The notes beneath the pieces are model-generated. The model did no database searches. It saw only the letters and a program-made list of their open reading frames with translations, and had not been told where the DNA came from. A stretch of DNA of 64,000 nucleotides from Octopus vulgaris (Eukaryota): NCBI GenBank assembly GCA_951406725.2, contig OX597832.1, forward strand, positions 28,396,001 through 28,460,000, read 5' to 3'. The position numbers and the translations under genes were made by a program. Of this stretch, positions 1 through 12,376 are shown piece after piece (the first letter of the stretch is position 1; every line of letters starts with the position of its first letter).

Positions 1-94
1 TCAGGGTTTAAAGTACAGACAGTTACAATTTTTGGCCTCAATGCCACCCTTGGGTGCATCATTATTCCATTAAATGTATTTATGAGGAGGAAAA

Positions 95-240
95 TATTCT
101 TTTCTGTTCTAGGCACAAGGCTCGAAATTTTGGGAGAGGGAGCCAGTCGATTAGATCGACCCCAGTATGCAACTGGTACTTAATTTATTGACCCCGAAAG
201 AATGAAAGGCAAAGTTGACCTTGGCAGAATTTGAACTCAG
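95..240 (-). mobile_element. SINE family A (tRNA-headed), 3' part
   Basis: Reverse complement reads GAGTTCAAATTC (B box) then GTCAACTTTGCCTTTCATTCTTTCGGGGTCAATAAATTAAGTACCAG; the same sequence recurs more than 10 times in the window. Confidence 0.8.
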
Positions 241-462
241 TGGAGAGAAAAATATTGAAAAACATTCAATACATGTCAGTGAGAAAGAAATGAAGAAGGT
301 ATCAGGTGCTTCTGAGATGTGCTAAAAATAACAGCTAAATCACCCTTAAATCACACAATTCTTTTTTGTCATTTGTTTTTCATAATTATATGAATTCCCA
401 TGAGTTGAAGACAAATCCATAAAAGTTTTCTGAAAATTCCAAAATATAAAAACAATTTATAT

Positions 463-848
463 GGAGTTATATGGGCTGTGTGGTAAGAAGCTTGCTTCCC
501 AACCACATGGTTCCGGGTTCAGTCCCACTGCATGGCACACAGGGCGAGTGTTTTCTACCATAGCCTTGGGCTGACCAAAGCCTTGTAAGTGTATTTGGTA
601 GACAGAAACTGAATGAAGCCTGTCATATATATATATATATGTATGTATTTGTGTCTGTCCCCGCCAACGATTGCTTGACAACCAATTTTGGTGTATATAC
701 GTTCTCATAACTTAACAGTCCAGCAAAAGAGACCAATAGAATATGTTCTAGGCTTCCAAAGAATAAGTCCTAGGGTAAATTTGTTTGACTAAAGGCAGTG
801 CTCCAGCATGGCCACAGTCAAATGACAGAAACAAGTAAAAGACTAAAA
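463..848 (+). mobile_element. SINE family B (tRNA head, internal TA/TG microsatellite), near full length
   Basis: GGCTGTGTGGTAAG (A box-like), GGTTCAGTCCC (B box-like), internal (TA)n, conserved 3' end GCATGGCC.CAGTCAAATGAC.GAAACAAGTAAAAGA; multicopy in the window. Confidence 0.85.
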
Positions 849-1186
849 AAATAAAAAGAAAAAGGAAAGAAAAAGAATGAAGCTATTTGGGGGTGCTTTA
901 AACCAGAATTCCATAAACATGATTCAAGAGAGAATAAATAACATAAATGTGAAATTTATAAGTAATAGATTAAAATAATTGTAAATTTCTTTTCTTTGTA
1001 CATGTGTTAAAATAGCAGTTACAAAAGATATGAAAACTTGCTTTTCTTTACCTTAAAAAAAAGCTGACAAACCCAGAGATCAATGTTAAGTCACTTCAAT
1101 GTTAAGTCAGCTTGTTGCTAAGAACTAAATGATTTCTTATGTCAAATCTCCTTCTACCCAACCCTCTCTCTCTATATATATATATA

Positions 1187-1462
1187 TATCATCATCGTCG
1201 TCGTCGTTTAACGTCCGCTTTCCATGCTAGCATGGGTTCGACGGTTTTGACTGAGGACTGTTGAACCAGATGGCTGCACCAGGCTCCAGTCTTGATCTGG
1301 CAGAGTTTCTACAGCTGGATGCCCTTCCTAACGCCAACCACTCCGAGAGTGTAGTGGGTGCTTTTTACGTGCCACTGGCATGGGGGCCAGTCTCACGGTA
1401 CTGGCAACGACCTCGCTCAAATCCTTTTACACATGCCACCAGCACAGGTGCTAGTAAGGCAA
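1187..1462 (-). mobile_element. RTE-tailed SINE/LINE 3' fragment
   Basis: Minus strand ends CCATGCTAGCATGGAAAGCGGACGTTAAACGACGACGACGATGATGAT (stem-loop plus short-repeat tail) and contains GGCGTTAGGAAGGGCATCCAGCTG; related copy at 2780-2970. Confidence 0.65.
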
Positions 1463-1487
1463 CTATATATATATATATATTATATAT

Positions 1488-2650
1488 ACAGGGTGCGATG
1501 GGTAAATCGTTGACATTTTATATTTCTTTTTTTGTGCATGCACATTGTTTGTTTTTGATTTTGTTGACTACACAGTATAGTAGGGTCAGTTGGGCACCGT
1601 CTGTGAGAAAAACAGCACCATGATGCAATTCACTCTGCCAGAAATTTGGGAATGACATGCTGTACTCCTTGACATTCGTGCCGAAAGCTCCAAACGAAGA
1701 TTTCAGGGTGTTTGGGTGTTGATCTGAGGAGAGTGCAGAGGATTTGGAAAGAGTTGGATTAGTTCTTATGGTGATTATGAAGGTACGGCAGTTTGGAAAA
1801 CTCACTCTGATTGTTCTGATAATAAAAGAACTCCTGAATTTGTTGGTATGATCCAGGGCATGACTAACAACGACCCCTCCAAGTCAATCAGGTCTATTGC
1901 CAGGGACATGGGAGTGCCTGAGTTCCTTATCAGGCAGCTGTGCATGAAGACATTCAGTATTCCTCATACAAGATGAGGAAGGGCCAATCTTTATCCCAAT
2001 CCATCAAAGACAAGAGGAAGGACCACACTATGAAGCTTTTGAACAAACTCAAGCATCACTTCCAACCAAACATGCTTTGGTTTTTCTCAGACGAGAAAAA
2101 TTTCTGTCAGGATCACACAGAACAACTGTTGGCTTGCCATGTCCCCAAAACATGTACCAAGAGTGATAAAAATCCAACATCCAGCCAATATCATGGTATT
2201 TAGAGTGATCACTAGTGATGGTGACGTTATGCCTCCATTCATCTTCCCACATGGCCCCAGGCTCAACACAGACATCAAGTGCCTGGAAGAGGTAGTGCTG
2301 CCCTGGGTCAAGAGGGTGGCTGCTGGAAGACCCTACGTCTGGCAACAGGACTCTGCACTATTTCACACAAGCAGGAGAACCCAGTCTTGGCTGTCAGATA
2401 ATTTGTGCGACCACATCCCCTAACCTCTGGTCACCTAACTCCCCAAACTGCAATCCCTTTGATTACTATGTGTGCGGCACAGTTGAGCAAGAGACCAACA
2501 AAAATCCTTGTAACACCAAAGATGAACTGAAGGCAAGGATTAGGGCAGCATTCACCAACTTAAACAAGGAGACCATCCAGAAGAGTTACAGGAGATTCCG
2601 AAGTCGTCTGAAGGTCGTGGTTAAACCCAATGGCGATTTTATTGAATAAA
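1488..2650 (+). mobile_element. Decayed Tc1/mariner-superfamily transposon, DD37D (maT)-like transposase pseudogene
   Basis: Starts TA|CAGGGTG (left TIR). Frameshifted motifs WFFSDEKNF, MVFRVITSDG, YVWQQDSA, LWSPNSPNCNPFDYYV and C-terminal GDFIE*. Second and third catalytic Asp are about 37 codons apart after repairing one frameshift. No right TIR seen. Confidence 0.85.
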
Positions 2651-2779
2651 TTTATTCTTTGTTCAGATCACCGGTGATTCTGAATTTTGATGCAGAGCAT
2701 CTTAATTCTCATTGGTGGCTCTTACCACGCCTAGGGTTAAACTCAACACACCTTGTCAGCTTATAAGAAAACCGTTGAA

Positions 2780-2970
2780 CTCATACGCTGGTGCCACTTA
2801 AAGAGCACTCAGTACACCCAGTATTCTGGCTGGCATTACGACGGACATCCAGGCATAGAAAACCACGCCCAAAGCAGGCAGCTGACCTCGAAACAGCCCT
2901 CTCGGTCGCTAGCTCTTGTCAAACCGTCCAACCCATGCCAGCATGGAAGCCTGAACTCAAACGATGACGT
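2780..2970 (+). mobile_element. RTE-tailed repeat, diverged copy
   Basis: CCGTCCAACCCATGCCAGCATGGAA...AAACGATGACG matches the 1187-1462 tail. Confidence 0.55.
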
Positions 2971-3000
2971 TTTATCTGTATCAACACAGGCAGACCAGTT

Positions 3001-3225
3001 TACTCTTACTCTTTTACTTGTTTCAGTCATTTGACTGCGGCCATGCTGGAGCACCGCCTTTAGTCGAGCAAATCGACCCTGGGACTTATTCTTTGTAAGC
3101 CCAGTACTTATTCTATCGGTCTCTTTTGCCGAACCGCTAGGTGACACCAGCATCGGTTGTCAAGCAATGCTAGGGGGACAAACACAGACACACAAACACA
3201 CACATACATATATATATATATATAC

Positions 3226-3268
<43 letters not shown>

Positions 3269-3433
3269 TACGACAGGCTTCTTTCAGTTTCCGTCTACCA
3301 AATCCACTCACAAGGCATTGGTCGGCCCGGGGCTATAGCAGAAGACACTTGCCCAAGATGCCACGCGGTGGGACTGAACCCGGAACCATGTGGTTGGTTA
3401 GCAAGCTACTTACCACACAGCCACTCCTGCACC
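3001..3433 (-). mobile_element. SINE family B, near full length
   Basis: Conserved tail, internal (CA)/(TA)n and tRNA-like head ending CTTACCACACAGCCACTCCTGCACC. Confidence 0.85.
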
Positions 3434-3946
3434 TATATGTTTATATGGATTTATTTTGTTCCCTGTTTCCAAGTTCGTCTTGAGTGAAGCTGTTCCGACA
3501 CGAGGTCGTCGAGTGCAAAAACCAGGAACGCCCTAAGATCTCTGCTGTAATCTTGTCTCTCTCTCTCTCACTCTGAACCCGTTCGAATTAGGTCAGCAAA
3601 CAAAGTAATGTATTAAGAATATAGAATAATAAGACATTCATATCAGCTGAATCAACATAATGGTCGGACGGTCGAACTGACGGACGGACTGACGGACGGA
3701 CGGACGGACTTGTCTAAGTGTGTAAACTGTTTACAATTTTATAATAAATGAGTTAAAAAGGCTGGAGATAAAAAAATTGATTAAGTAGCTGACATATTGT
3801 CATCACTAGAGTAACCGGGGAGTAGCGAGCACGCACGCATACACACACACACACACACACACGCGTTTCCGAGAGAAACATATGCCAAAGGTTTCATCTG
3901 GAAGAAAAAAGATCCAGAATTGCCAGAGTAACGTACGTACGTACGT

Positions 3947-3948
<2 letters not shown>

Positions 3949-4000
<52 letters not shown>

Positions 4001-4315
4001 AAGAGAGAGAAAGAGAAAGGGAGAGAGAGAAAGAGAAAGGGAGAGAGAGAAAGAGAAAGGGAGAGAGAGAAAGAGAGGTGAGAGTGAGTGTGTGTAAGAG
4101 AGTGTATGAGAGAGAGAGAGAGAGAGGGGAGAGAGAGAAAGAGAGGGAGGAGAGGGAGAGAGAGAGAGGTGAGAAAGAGTGTGTAAGAGAGTGTGTGAGC
4201 GTGAGTATATGTAAGAGAGAGGGGAAGAGAGAGAAAGAGAGAGGGAGAAAGGTGAGAGGGAGGAGAGGTGAAAGAGAAAGAGAGTGTGTGTGTGTGTGTG
4301 CGTGCGCGTGTGTAT
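3949..4315. repeat. Compound (GT)n/(GA)n microsatellite
   Basis: Directly visible. Confidence 0.9.
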
Positions 4316-5217
4316 GCGCGAATCAGCCAAGCTTTTAACTGCTAGAAATAGCAACCCAAATGCCTTTAAACCATATCCCAAATGCTGAATGATCAAGAAC
4401 CAAATGATCCTGATTCTAAAAATGGTATAAATATGTCTATGTAGAGCAACTGTAAACTGAGACACAGGAGTCCCAGACGGACAGAATTTCGCTTTTATAA
4501 TTATAGATCACGTTTAATACTGAACTCTTAGAAATACAATGTCTGAAAAGAATAGAAAAAAAAATCAGAATGTCGCAGACAGAATGTCTTTGATCGTAGA
4601 TCTGAACGACCAAAGATGACCTCCAGCAAATCAAACACAGTTGTACGTTCGAACACGTGACCTGCTGCACAATATCTTGAAGTGCTAAAGATAATTGCCG
4701 AATTTCCTCTCATCAAAGACAATATCTTTAAGACGAATAAGGGAAAACCGGTTTTCTGCCAAATTTTATTCTAACATCATCGATATAAAAGAATCTTGAT
4801 AACCACATTAAAAGAATTTGATACCAAATTTTGCAAATCTCACAAATCTTTGATCACTTAATTCCACGTTTATTCTAGCAAGTTGCAACACGTTTGAGGA
4901 TTCTGTAAGCACGCCAATAAATGGTAATTTGGAATCTATTTACAAGATTACAGTTTTGGATATCTAGAAGGAGATTTCTGCAAGAAACTGGAGCCTGGTT
5001 TTAAATATTTCCTCCCATGATGTTTTGAAATTCTTTCTTTCAAGAACCAAGATGGAGTTGTGGACATAAATCGAAGTGTTTCTGACATTGGCACTAATAT
5101 CTGAGAGGTATTAAGGAAGATGTCAAAAATGGTTTTAATATTCAAATCTTCATTATAAGATTGTAAATGGAGAGATACCAGTGAGATATATTCACTTTCT
5201 AAACAGAGGTGGCCTTT

Positions 5218-5614
5218 GAGAGTAGGAGGAGGAGAGAGGGACTGCGTTGAGAAAGAGAGAGAAAGAGAGAGAGGTAGAAGAAAGAAGAGAGGGGTAGGCA
5301 GCAGTGAAAGAAGGAGAGAGAGGGTGGAAGAAGAAAGGAGGGAGAGATCCGTCAAGGGGCAGACGGCAAAAAGAGAGGGAGAGAGAGAGAGAGAGAGGTG
5401 GAGAGAAGAAGAGAGGGGTAGGCAGCAGTGAAAGAGGGAGAGAGAGGGAGGAAGAAGGAAGGAGGGAGGAATCCGTCTAGGGGCAGGCAGCAAAAAGAGA
5501 GGGAGAGGGAGAGAGAAAGAGAAAAGAGACAAAAAGGGAACCGTTGAGGGGCGAGTGGAAGAGAAGGAGTCACCGAAGGGGAGGCAGCAGATAGGGAGCC
5601 GCCAAAAGGCAGGT

Positions 5615-5667
<53 letters not shown>

Positions 5668-5670
5668 GGA
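5218..5670. repeat. GA-rich polypurine tract with (GA)n
   Basis: Directly visible; internal AGAGGGGTAGGCAGCAGTGAAAG duplicated. Confidence 0.85.
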
Positions 5671-6874
5671 GATGTCTAGAAACAGGCGGCCTTGTGTAGA
5701 AGTCACGGCAATTGTCTACAGTTGGACATTAGGGTTTATATAGAGATGATGGTTTATCCTTGGTAGTTTTAATGCCTAACTTCTTCGGAGCCGTTCCCGG
5801 TTACACAAAAACTGTAATCTATCTTCCTAATATATCGTCAGTTATTTACAAAATCCCGAGACCCTCGACGCTTCACAGCTTTCGACATCTAGCGTTATTG
5901 ACAAAGAAAGAAAGAGAAAAAACAAATATCAATGACTTGTAAACTTTTCCAGTGTCACACACTGGATTGAACCGGTTTACTGAAGGAATGATCACACAAA
6001 CACTATTTTAGGTGTTAAAATAACAAAAGAAATATTTATATCTTCGTTCGTCGCCACAAACTTCTTTTGTCGTGTTTGACACTGATCGTGAGTGAGCAAA
6101 AACGAGTATCTCCACCAATCCTACCTAAATACTATAACATGGTATTGTGCCGCCATGGCGACTGTGCCACAGTGCCTCCTTCGTGACTGTAAGAATGTGG
6201 TTTCCATGCAGGAACCTCAAATAGTTTGCTTCAAGCTCTCATGTTCCACGTAGTTCATTTACATGAAGATGTTTTCTCCAAAATACCCCGGCCTCAGGCC
6301 CGGACCTGTATGTCTCCTCTCTCTGCCTTTTCTACCACTACTGCAACAGCCTCTGCTCTTTAGAACTTGCTGGTCTTGTTCCACCGCTGTTCAGATACTC
6401 GGGTCTCATTCCATATTACATTTGGTTCAAGGAAGTCATCCCTCTGCATCTCTCTCCCTTCAAGTTTTTTTCCCATGTAGCTGTCGACTAACAACACTTC
6501 AGAAGAATGGTTGGTGTGTGTGATCCCTGTGGGTTCAGCCCTTTTCAACCAAACCAAGCAAGTAATAAAAGGACAGCTGAGATTACAAGGAGATCTATGT
6601 CAGGTTAAGGGACCATACAAAGCACACACACCCCCAGGTGGAAGAGGGGAAGATGTGGAGGCCCCGTGGTTGTGTCTCTCATTGCTATTGCAATGGCGAG
6701 TGGACAAACCGACACAAAAGAAGCGAGTTTCTAATATTTCCTTTTTTGTTGCATTTTTGCTGGCGAGAAGTTCCTCGGTCCGACGAACCCCTAATATTTA
6801 TCTTATCGACCCTCGAAAATGATGACAGAGGAAATCGACCCCAACAGAATATCAAGGACAGTATTAAAGACTAG

Positions 6875-7300
6875 TTTCAAATTTTAGCACGAGGCCAGCA
6901 ATTCTGGGGGGGGGGGGGTAAGTCGATTACATCGACCCCAGTGTTCAACTGGTATTTATTTTATCGACCCCGGAAGGATGAAAGGCAAAGTCGACCTCGG
7001 TAGAATTTGAACTCAGAACATAAAGACGGACGAAATGCTGCTCAGCGTTTTGTCCGGCGTTCTAACGATTCTGCCAGCTCACTGTTTTTATAATGAATAA
7101 TCGTTTCTAATTTAGACACAAGGCCAGCAATTTTGAGAGGAGGGGCTTAGTCGATATGATTCGTCTTAGAACTTGTCTGGTGCAGCATTTTATCGACCCC
7201 GAAAGGTTGACAGGGAAGCTGACCGCGATGATATTTGAACTCAGAATGAATACTACAAGGTACTGTTTCCCGATGCTCTAACGATTCTGACATCTCACCA
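6875..7300 (-). mobile_element. Two adjacent SINE family A copies (second diverged)
   Basis: GTCGATTACATCGACCCCAG...GATGAAAGGCAAAGTCGACCTCGG.AGAATTTGAACTCAGAAC...CTAACGATTCTGCCAGCTC, then a degenerate repeat of the same. Confidence 0.8.
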
Positions 7301-7357
7301 TAGTAGTAGTAGTAGTAGCAGCAGCAGCAGCAATAGTAATGATAATATCAGTAATAA

Positions 7358-8220
7358 TAAATGCCCTGATGCAATATCAGGGAGTGGCTCTCATGGCTTC
7401 TCATCCTAACTAATTATTGGGTTGGTGCATAATTAATGCGGAGTTCTTTCAACAAAATTTTTATTCAACAAAATTTTTATTCAACAAAAACAATAACAAC
7501 ATGTAACAAAACCATCTTTAAATGATTATTCCGGAGCATATTCACTATCCACTTCAATTACTGCTTCCCATTTGCTTGGCAGACGGTCAGACCGTCATTT
7601 AAAGACGTTTTTGTGAAATAGTGTTATTGTTTTTGCTGAATAAAATTTATTGGAACCCCCCCCCCAAAAAAAAAACCGCAATAATTATGTACCAACCCAA
7701 TAGAAGTGTTAAGTGCATGTTCTGTTTTGGAGTAAAAGACGAGCTACAGCAAATACTCTCTGCGTAATAGCACAGAATTGCTTGTCCTTAACCAGTGTTT
7801 GACCATAACCAGTTGAGCATGTCTTTTGGTGGCTCACGATATGTGCATCTCTGATCATGAGCAGAAGTAGTGGGGGAGCATCACAGCCATGTGCTGAGAG
7901 GGATTCTCTGGGGGTTTGGATAATTTGTGGAGACAGACATGGGTGTTTTGTTCAACATCCTTAAACAACCCTTATTCAGGGACCTTTTGAGTGGGATGGA
8001 ATACCTTACCCAAAGAAAATTCTAACTGGGCTCCACCTTCAAGGTCATGTGCTGTTCATCTTGATATGAGATCACCATGTCACACACATATGTTGTAAAG
8101 CATGTGTCTGGTGTACCCTTATCAGACGGGTTGTCATGGTGGGTATATTGGGTTTCGTGTATTTGTACCCCAGTGCCACTTTGATAGCGTGTACTGCTCT
8201 CTAACTCAATAATAATAATT
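7358..8220 (+). mobile_element. Element with (AAT)n tail, probable non-LTR retroelement 3' part, split by a mariner MITE
   Basis: Last ~195 bp closely match 20215-20410; both copies end CTCAATAATAATAAT and begin in TAA repeats. Confidence 0.6.
7415..7702 (-). mobile_element. Mariner internal-deletion derivative (MITE)
   Basis: TIRs TATTGGGTTGGTGCATAATT / AATTATGTACCAACCCAATA with TA ends. Minus strand keeps a mariner-like C-terminus DRLPSKWEAVIEVDSEYAPE*. Confidence 0.9.
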
Positions 8221-8759
8221 TCTCTAATTTCAAACACAAACCACACTTTATTGTGGAAGAAGCAGAATCGATTAAATGCTAATCCCGTATATTACTGGTA
8301 CTCAATTAGGTGACGAAGGAGTATTAATATCGTCAACAAATCCGCAAGAAATAACAGTCAAATCTCCTTAAAATCACATCTTAGAGTGATTTGGTAAAGG
8401 AAATGAAGTTTAGATAATTGTTGTTTTAAGAAATGTTGAGGGTTGAGAGATAATGAGGAGGGGAGATGAGAGAGGTGAAGAAAAGACAGAGAGGGGAAAG
8501 GGGAGTAAGAGAAGTAGGAAAGGAGGGGAAGAAGATAGAGGGGAGGCAGAGGATTAAAAGATAAAGGGGAAAGATAGGGAAGAAGGGATGTGGGGTGTGG
8601 GTTCGTAGTATGTGAGTAGAGTTTTAGAGTTTTTCCGAGTAAATGCGCAAAATAAGTGAAACACAAACAATAGTAACAACAACAACAACAGCAACAACAC
8701 TCAAGCAACTCGAGTGCTTTCTGATATCAACATCGTTGATACAAACTAACGAAGAATAT

Positions 8760-8925
8760 TCCCTCTAGAAATAGTAGCCAAATCTCCCTCAAATCACACC
8801 CTATCATCTTAAAAAAGATAATAAATAATATGATCCTGGTTTCACTTTGCCTGGGAAAAAAAACGGGATGGTCACTGTTAGAACGCCTGTATGGTTCAGC
8901 CCTGTATGGCTAAACAATAACAATA
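8760..8925 (+). repeat. Dispersed old repeat family D (CTAGAAATAGCAGCCAAATCTCCCTCAAATCACACC...GGGATGGTCA...CTAAACAACAAC)
   Basis: Diverged copies also near 320, 12990-13120, 21960-22130, 30670-31100, 43250-43400(-), 55770-55950(-), 56385-56550(-), 63290-63470(-); class not determined. Confidence 0.6.
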
Positions 8926-9164
8926 CCGGGGAACGTTTCAAGGGGTACCAGACTACAACAACAAGAACAACAACTAATCACATTGTAAAAGAAGGACACG
9001 AGAGCTAGTTGTTGGTTCTATGTCTGAATAAATTATAGACGGAATGGTCGTGGCTGGATTGCCTTTTAGCTTAGATACGTTTATTCAAAACTCATTGGGA
9101 GTTAAACAACAGCAATAACACAACATGAAGAAACCCCATCAAGCACTCAGTACAGTCCTGTTTA

Positions 9165-9520
9165 GGACCGCCCTCAACAAGTACAACCCTTTTAGAAAGC
9201 TCGCTTAACTTGTACAACCCAACCAGTTTAAGGCATCAGTGGACCAGTACCTCTTCCTCTATGTGGTCAGCCCTCAATTAGTACCCATTTCCTACCAGCT
9301 TGTGGGCACCCTCGTTTAATACCTCTTCCATACTTGTGTAAAATCACCACCCATCAACCAGTACCCACCTTAAACCCGTTTGTGGGTACCCTCCGCTAAT
9401 ACGTTTTCCCTACCAGTCAAAAGTCGCTGTTAACAACCCAGCTACAAGTTTGAGAGGACTCCCAACTAATACCTCTCTCCCTACAAGTCAAAGGTCACCC
9501 TTAATCGACTACTACCAGGG
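9165..9520. repeat. Degenerate ~38-40 bp minisatellite
   Basis: Recurring TGTGGG.ACCCTC...TAATAC..TT.CCTAC.AG at about 9263, 9301, 9381 and 9451. Confidence 0.55.
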
Positions 9521-9819
9521 TGAGGGCGCCCTCCAAAAAAACAGCCAGGACTGTCTGTCAGTCGCTGTCGTAACAGTAGAAAGTAAACATACCGTTTTTG
9601 AAAAAGTTCGGTTTTTTGTTCATAGCCGGGTGTCCAGAGATAATCGACAGATACGGGTACAGGGAAAATATCCAGGGATAATGGATGGGACCAGTGGTGC
9701 TGGAAGTAAAGTTTTTTTTAAGTTTCCAACATTACACAGAATCCTCCGCGCATTTGTGTTGTAGTAGCTTTCACATGTAAACTGACAGTAGGTGGGGCTC
9801 TGAATGACATAGCTATTGA

Positions 9820-10175
9820 CTGCTGCTGCTGCTGCCGCTGGTGGTGGTGGTGGTGGTGATGATGGTGGTGGTGGTGGTGGCGATGGTGGTGGTGGTGATG
9901 ATGATGGTGGTGGTGGTGGTGGTGGTGGTGGTGGTGTTGGCGATGATGGTGGTGGTGGTGGTGGTAGTCGATAACGTAATTGCTGAGGTGGTGGTGGTGC
10001 TGGTAGTGGAGGAGTTTAGTAAGAGGTGGTGGTGCTGGTGGTGTGGGCGTGTTGCAGTGGCGGTGTAGTGTAATCGTGGCGATGGCGGTGGTGAACCCGT
10101 GTGGCACTTGAAATTGTGGTAGTGATGGTGGTGGTGGTGGTTTGTTGCAAGCAATGGTGGCGGTGGTAGTAGTAG
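9820..10175. repeat. (GGT)n/(GAT)n trinucleotide tract
   Basis: Directly visible. Confidence 0.9.
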
Positions 10176-10486
10176 AAAAAATATATATAATCGTGGATTT
10201 GTTGATGTTTAGCTCCAAGTCAGTCCTGATCGAAATCAGCGATGTTCCATACGTGACCACCACCCCATCTTTTCCTTGTGTGCAGGGAGTCGACTTTCAG
10301 ATAACTCCCCCTCTCCTACTTTCTGTTACTCAAGACGCTAGAGCAGTAGTTTTCAACGAGGGTCCATATAGCCCCTGAAGGTCCCTATAAAGTTTTGGGG
10401 GTTCCACACCACAAAGTAATTAATAGAGGACCCACAAAACTATTTTAAAGGCCCCTGAAAAAAAAAATCTGCTTTAGATGTAAGTA

Positions 10487-10710
10487 CAGTAACCCATCGC
10501 CATATCGCGGTTCACTTATCGCGGTTTATTATTTAAGCTTATGTCGATTCCTCCGTGGTGTTGTTTTGCATTTATATAACAAAACGAATATATACAAATT
10601 ATAAAACTAATTAAAAAAATATACGGTACAGTACTGTTTCTACTTCGCGGATTTTCACTTATCGCGGAGGGTTTTGGAATGTAACGTCCGCGATAGTCGA
10701 AGGATTACTG
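10487..10710. mobile_element. pogo/Tigger-like MITE
   Basis: TA|CAGTAACCCATCGCCATATCGCGG ... CCGCGATAGTCGAAGGATTACTG|TA: imperfect TIRs with TA duplication. Confidence 0.8.
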
Positions 10711-10723
10711 TATTGGTATGTGT

Positions 10724-10915
10724 TTACTCTCTTACTTGTTTCAGTCATTTGACTGCGGCCATGCTGGAGCACCGCCTTTAGTCGAGCAAATCGACCCCAG
10801 GACTTATTCTTTGTAAGTCTAGTACTTATTCTATTGGTCTCTTTTGCCGAACGGCTAAGTTATGGGGACGTAAACACACCAGCATCGGTTGTCAAGCGAT
10901 GTTGTGGGGAAAACA

Positions 10916-10989
<74 letters not shown>

Positions 10990-11129
10990 TATATACGACA
11001 GGCTTCTTTCAGTTACTGCCTACCAAATCCACTCACAAGGCTTTGGTCGGCCCGAGGCTATAGTAGAAGACGCCCAAGGTGCCACGCGGTGGGAATGAAC
11101 CCGGGACCATGTGGCTGGTAAGCAAGCTA
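10724..11129 (-). mobile_element. SINE family B
   Basis: High identity to 3001-3433. Confidence 0.85.
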
Positions 11130-11666
11130 GCTAGGTTTCTTCTTCTAACATTTTGCCCAGTTCAACCTACACAAGTTAACGCGAGAAAAAACAAACTAGG
11201 AAGTTTGAAGGAAGTTTCTATAAGACTTTAAGTTTTAAACATCGAATGGCTATGGCGGGGGGGGGGGGGGGGCACTAGAATAAAATAGTAATCGAAAGGG
11301 GTCCATAGATGAAAAAAAAAAAATGGTTGAGAACCCCTGTGCTTGAGAGTAATTTGAGAGAACACTGCTACTATTTCCTAGAGAGATCGAGCGACGACGA
11401 AGAAATCCCGTCGTTGGGCTGCAAAACGAATGTTGGAGGAGTTTGTTAAATGGTGGAGTCGATGGTGATGGAGTGATGGAGGTGGTGGTGGTGTTGGTGT
11501 TGGGGGGGGGGGGTGATGTCGTGAAACCAGAAAGACTGAGAAGTGAAAACGAGGAGCATTGAAGCGTGTGGAAGGCTTTTGAAATGCAGAATTCATGTTG
11601 CAAGCATACCTCTGGTGTTTATGTGTAGGATCTCGTCTTTTTGCAGTCTTAGTGACTTTGGCAGGA

Positions 11667-11687
11667 TGTGTGTGTGTGTGAGAGATC

Positions 11688-11723
<36 letters not shown>

Positions 11724-11919
11724 GAGAGAAAGAAAGAGAGAGCGAGAGAGAGTGCGTGTGTGAATGTGTATACACACACACACATACCACGAATGCGCGC
11801 ATACACGTATATATGCATACAAACACACATACACACATATATATATATATATACACACATATACATACACACACATATATACACACATATACATACACAC
11901 ACATCTATATATATATCTG

Positions 11920-11950
<31 letters not shown>

Positions 11951-12065
11951 ATAGAGAGAGAGAGTGAGTGCGTGTGTGAATGTGTGAATGTGTATACACA
12001 CACACATACTCATTACGAATGCCCGCGCACACGTATATATGCATACAAACATACATGCATAAACA

Positions 12066-12119
<54 letters not shown>

Positions 12120-12290
12120 CATACATACACATCTATATACATACATCTGTAGTGTGTGTGTGCGCGCGCATGTATCTAATCCTCGTGTTTGTATACAACA
12201 GATGCATATATATATTTATGAGCAGTGCGTGCATCCGAGTACATCAACGGATACATTCACATAGCTCTGTGTGTGTGTGTGTGTGTGTGT
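11667..12290. repeat. Compound GT/GA/CA/TA microsatellite with internal ~230-bp duplication
   Basis: GTGCGTGTGTGAATGTG...ACGAATGC.CGC..ACACGTATATATGCATACAAAC occurs twice. Confidence 0.8.
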
Positions 12291-12376
12291 ATGTTGCCAT
12301 AGAAACTAAGAATTACATATTCAACAGGAAAGCTTAAAATAGTAGATAAAAACTTGTTTCTCTCTCTCACCCAGCC

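Larger units (their letters stand above)
10344..11339 (+). mobile_element. Non-autonomous hAT (Charlie-like) element with two nested insertions
   Basis: Ends CAGTAGTTTTCAAC ... GTTGAGAACCCCTG; 8-bp flanks CGCTAGAG / TGCTTGAG (6/8 match); related copy at 26290-26549. Confidence 0.75.

Noticed and set aside
4330-4570. Strong minus-strand acceptor-like TTTTTTTTTCTATTCTTTTCAG at 4543 and small hairpins suggesting an exon or miRNA
   Set aside because: No matching donor, no recognisable frame, no ~60-nt hairpin and no known mature miRNA that I can recognise.
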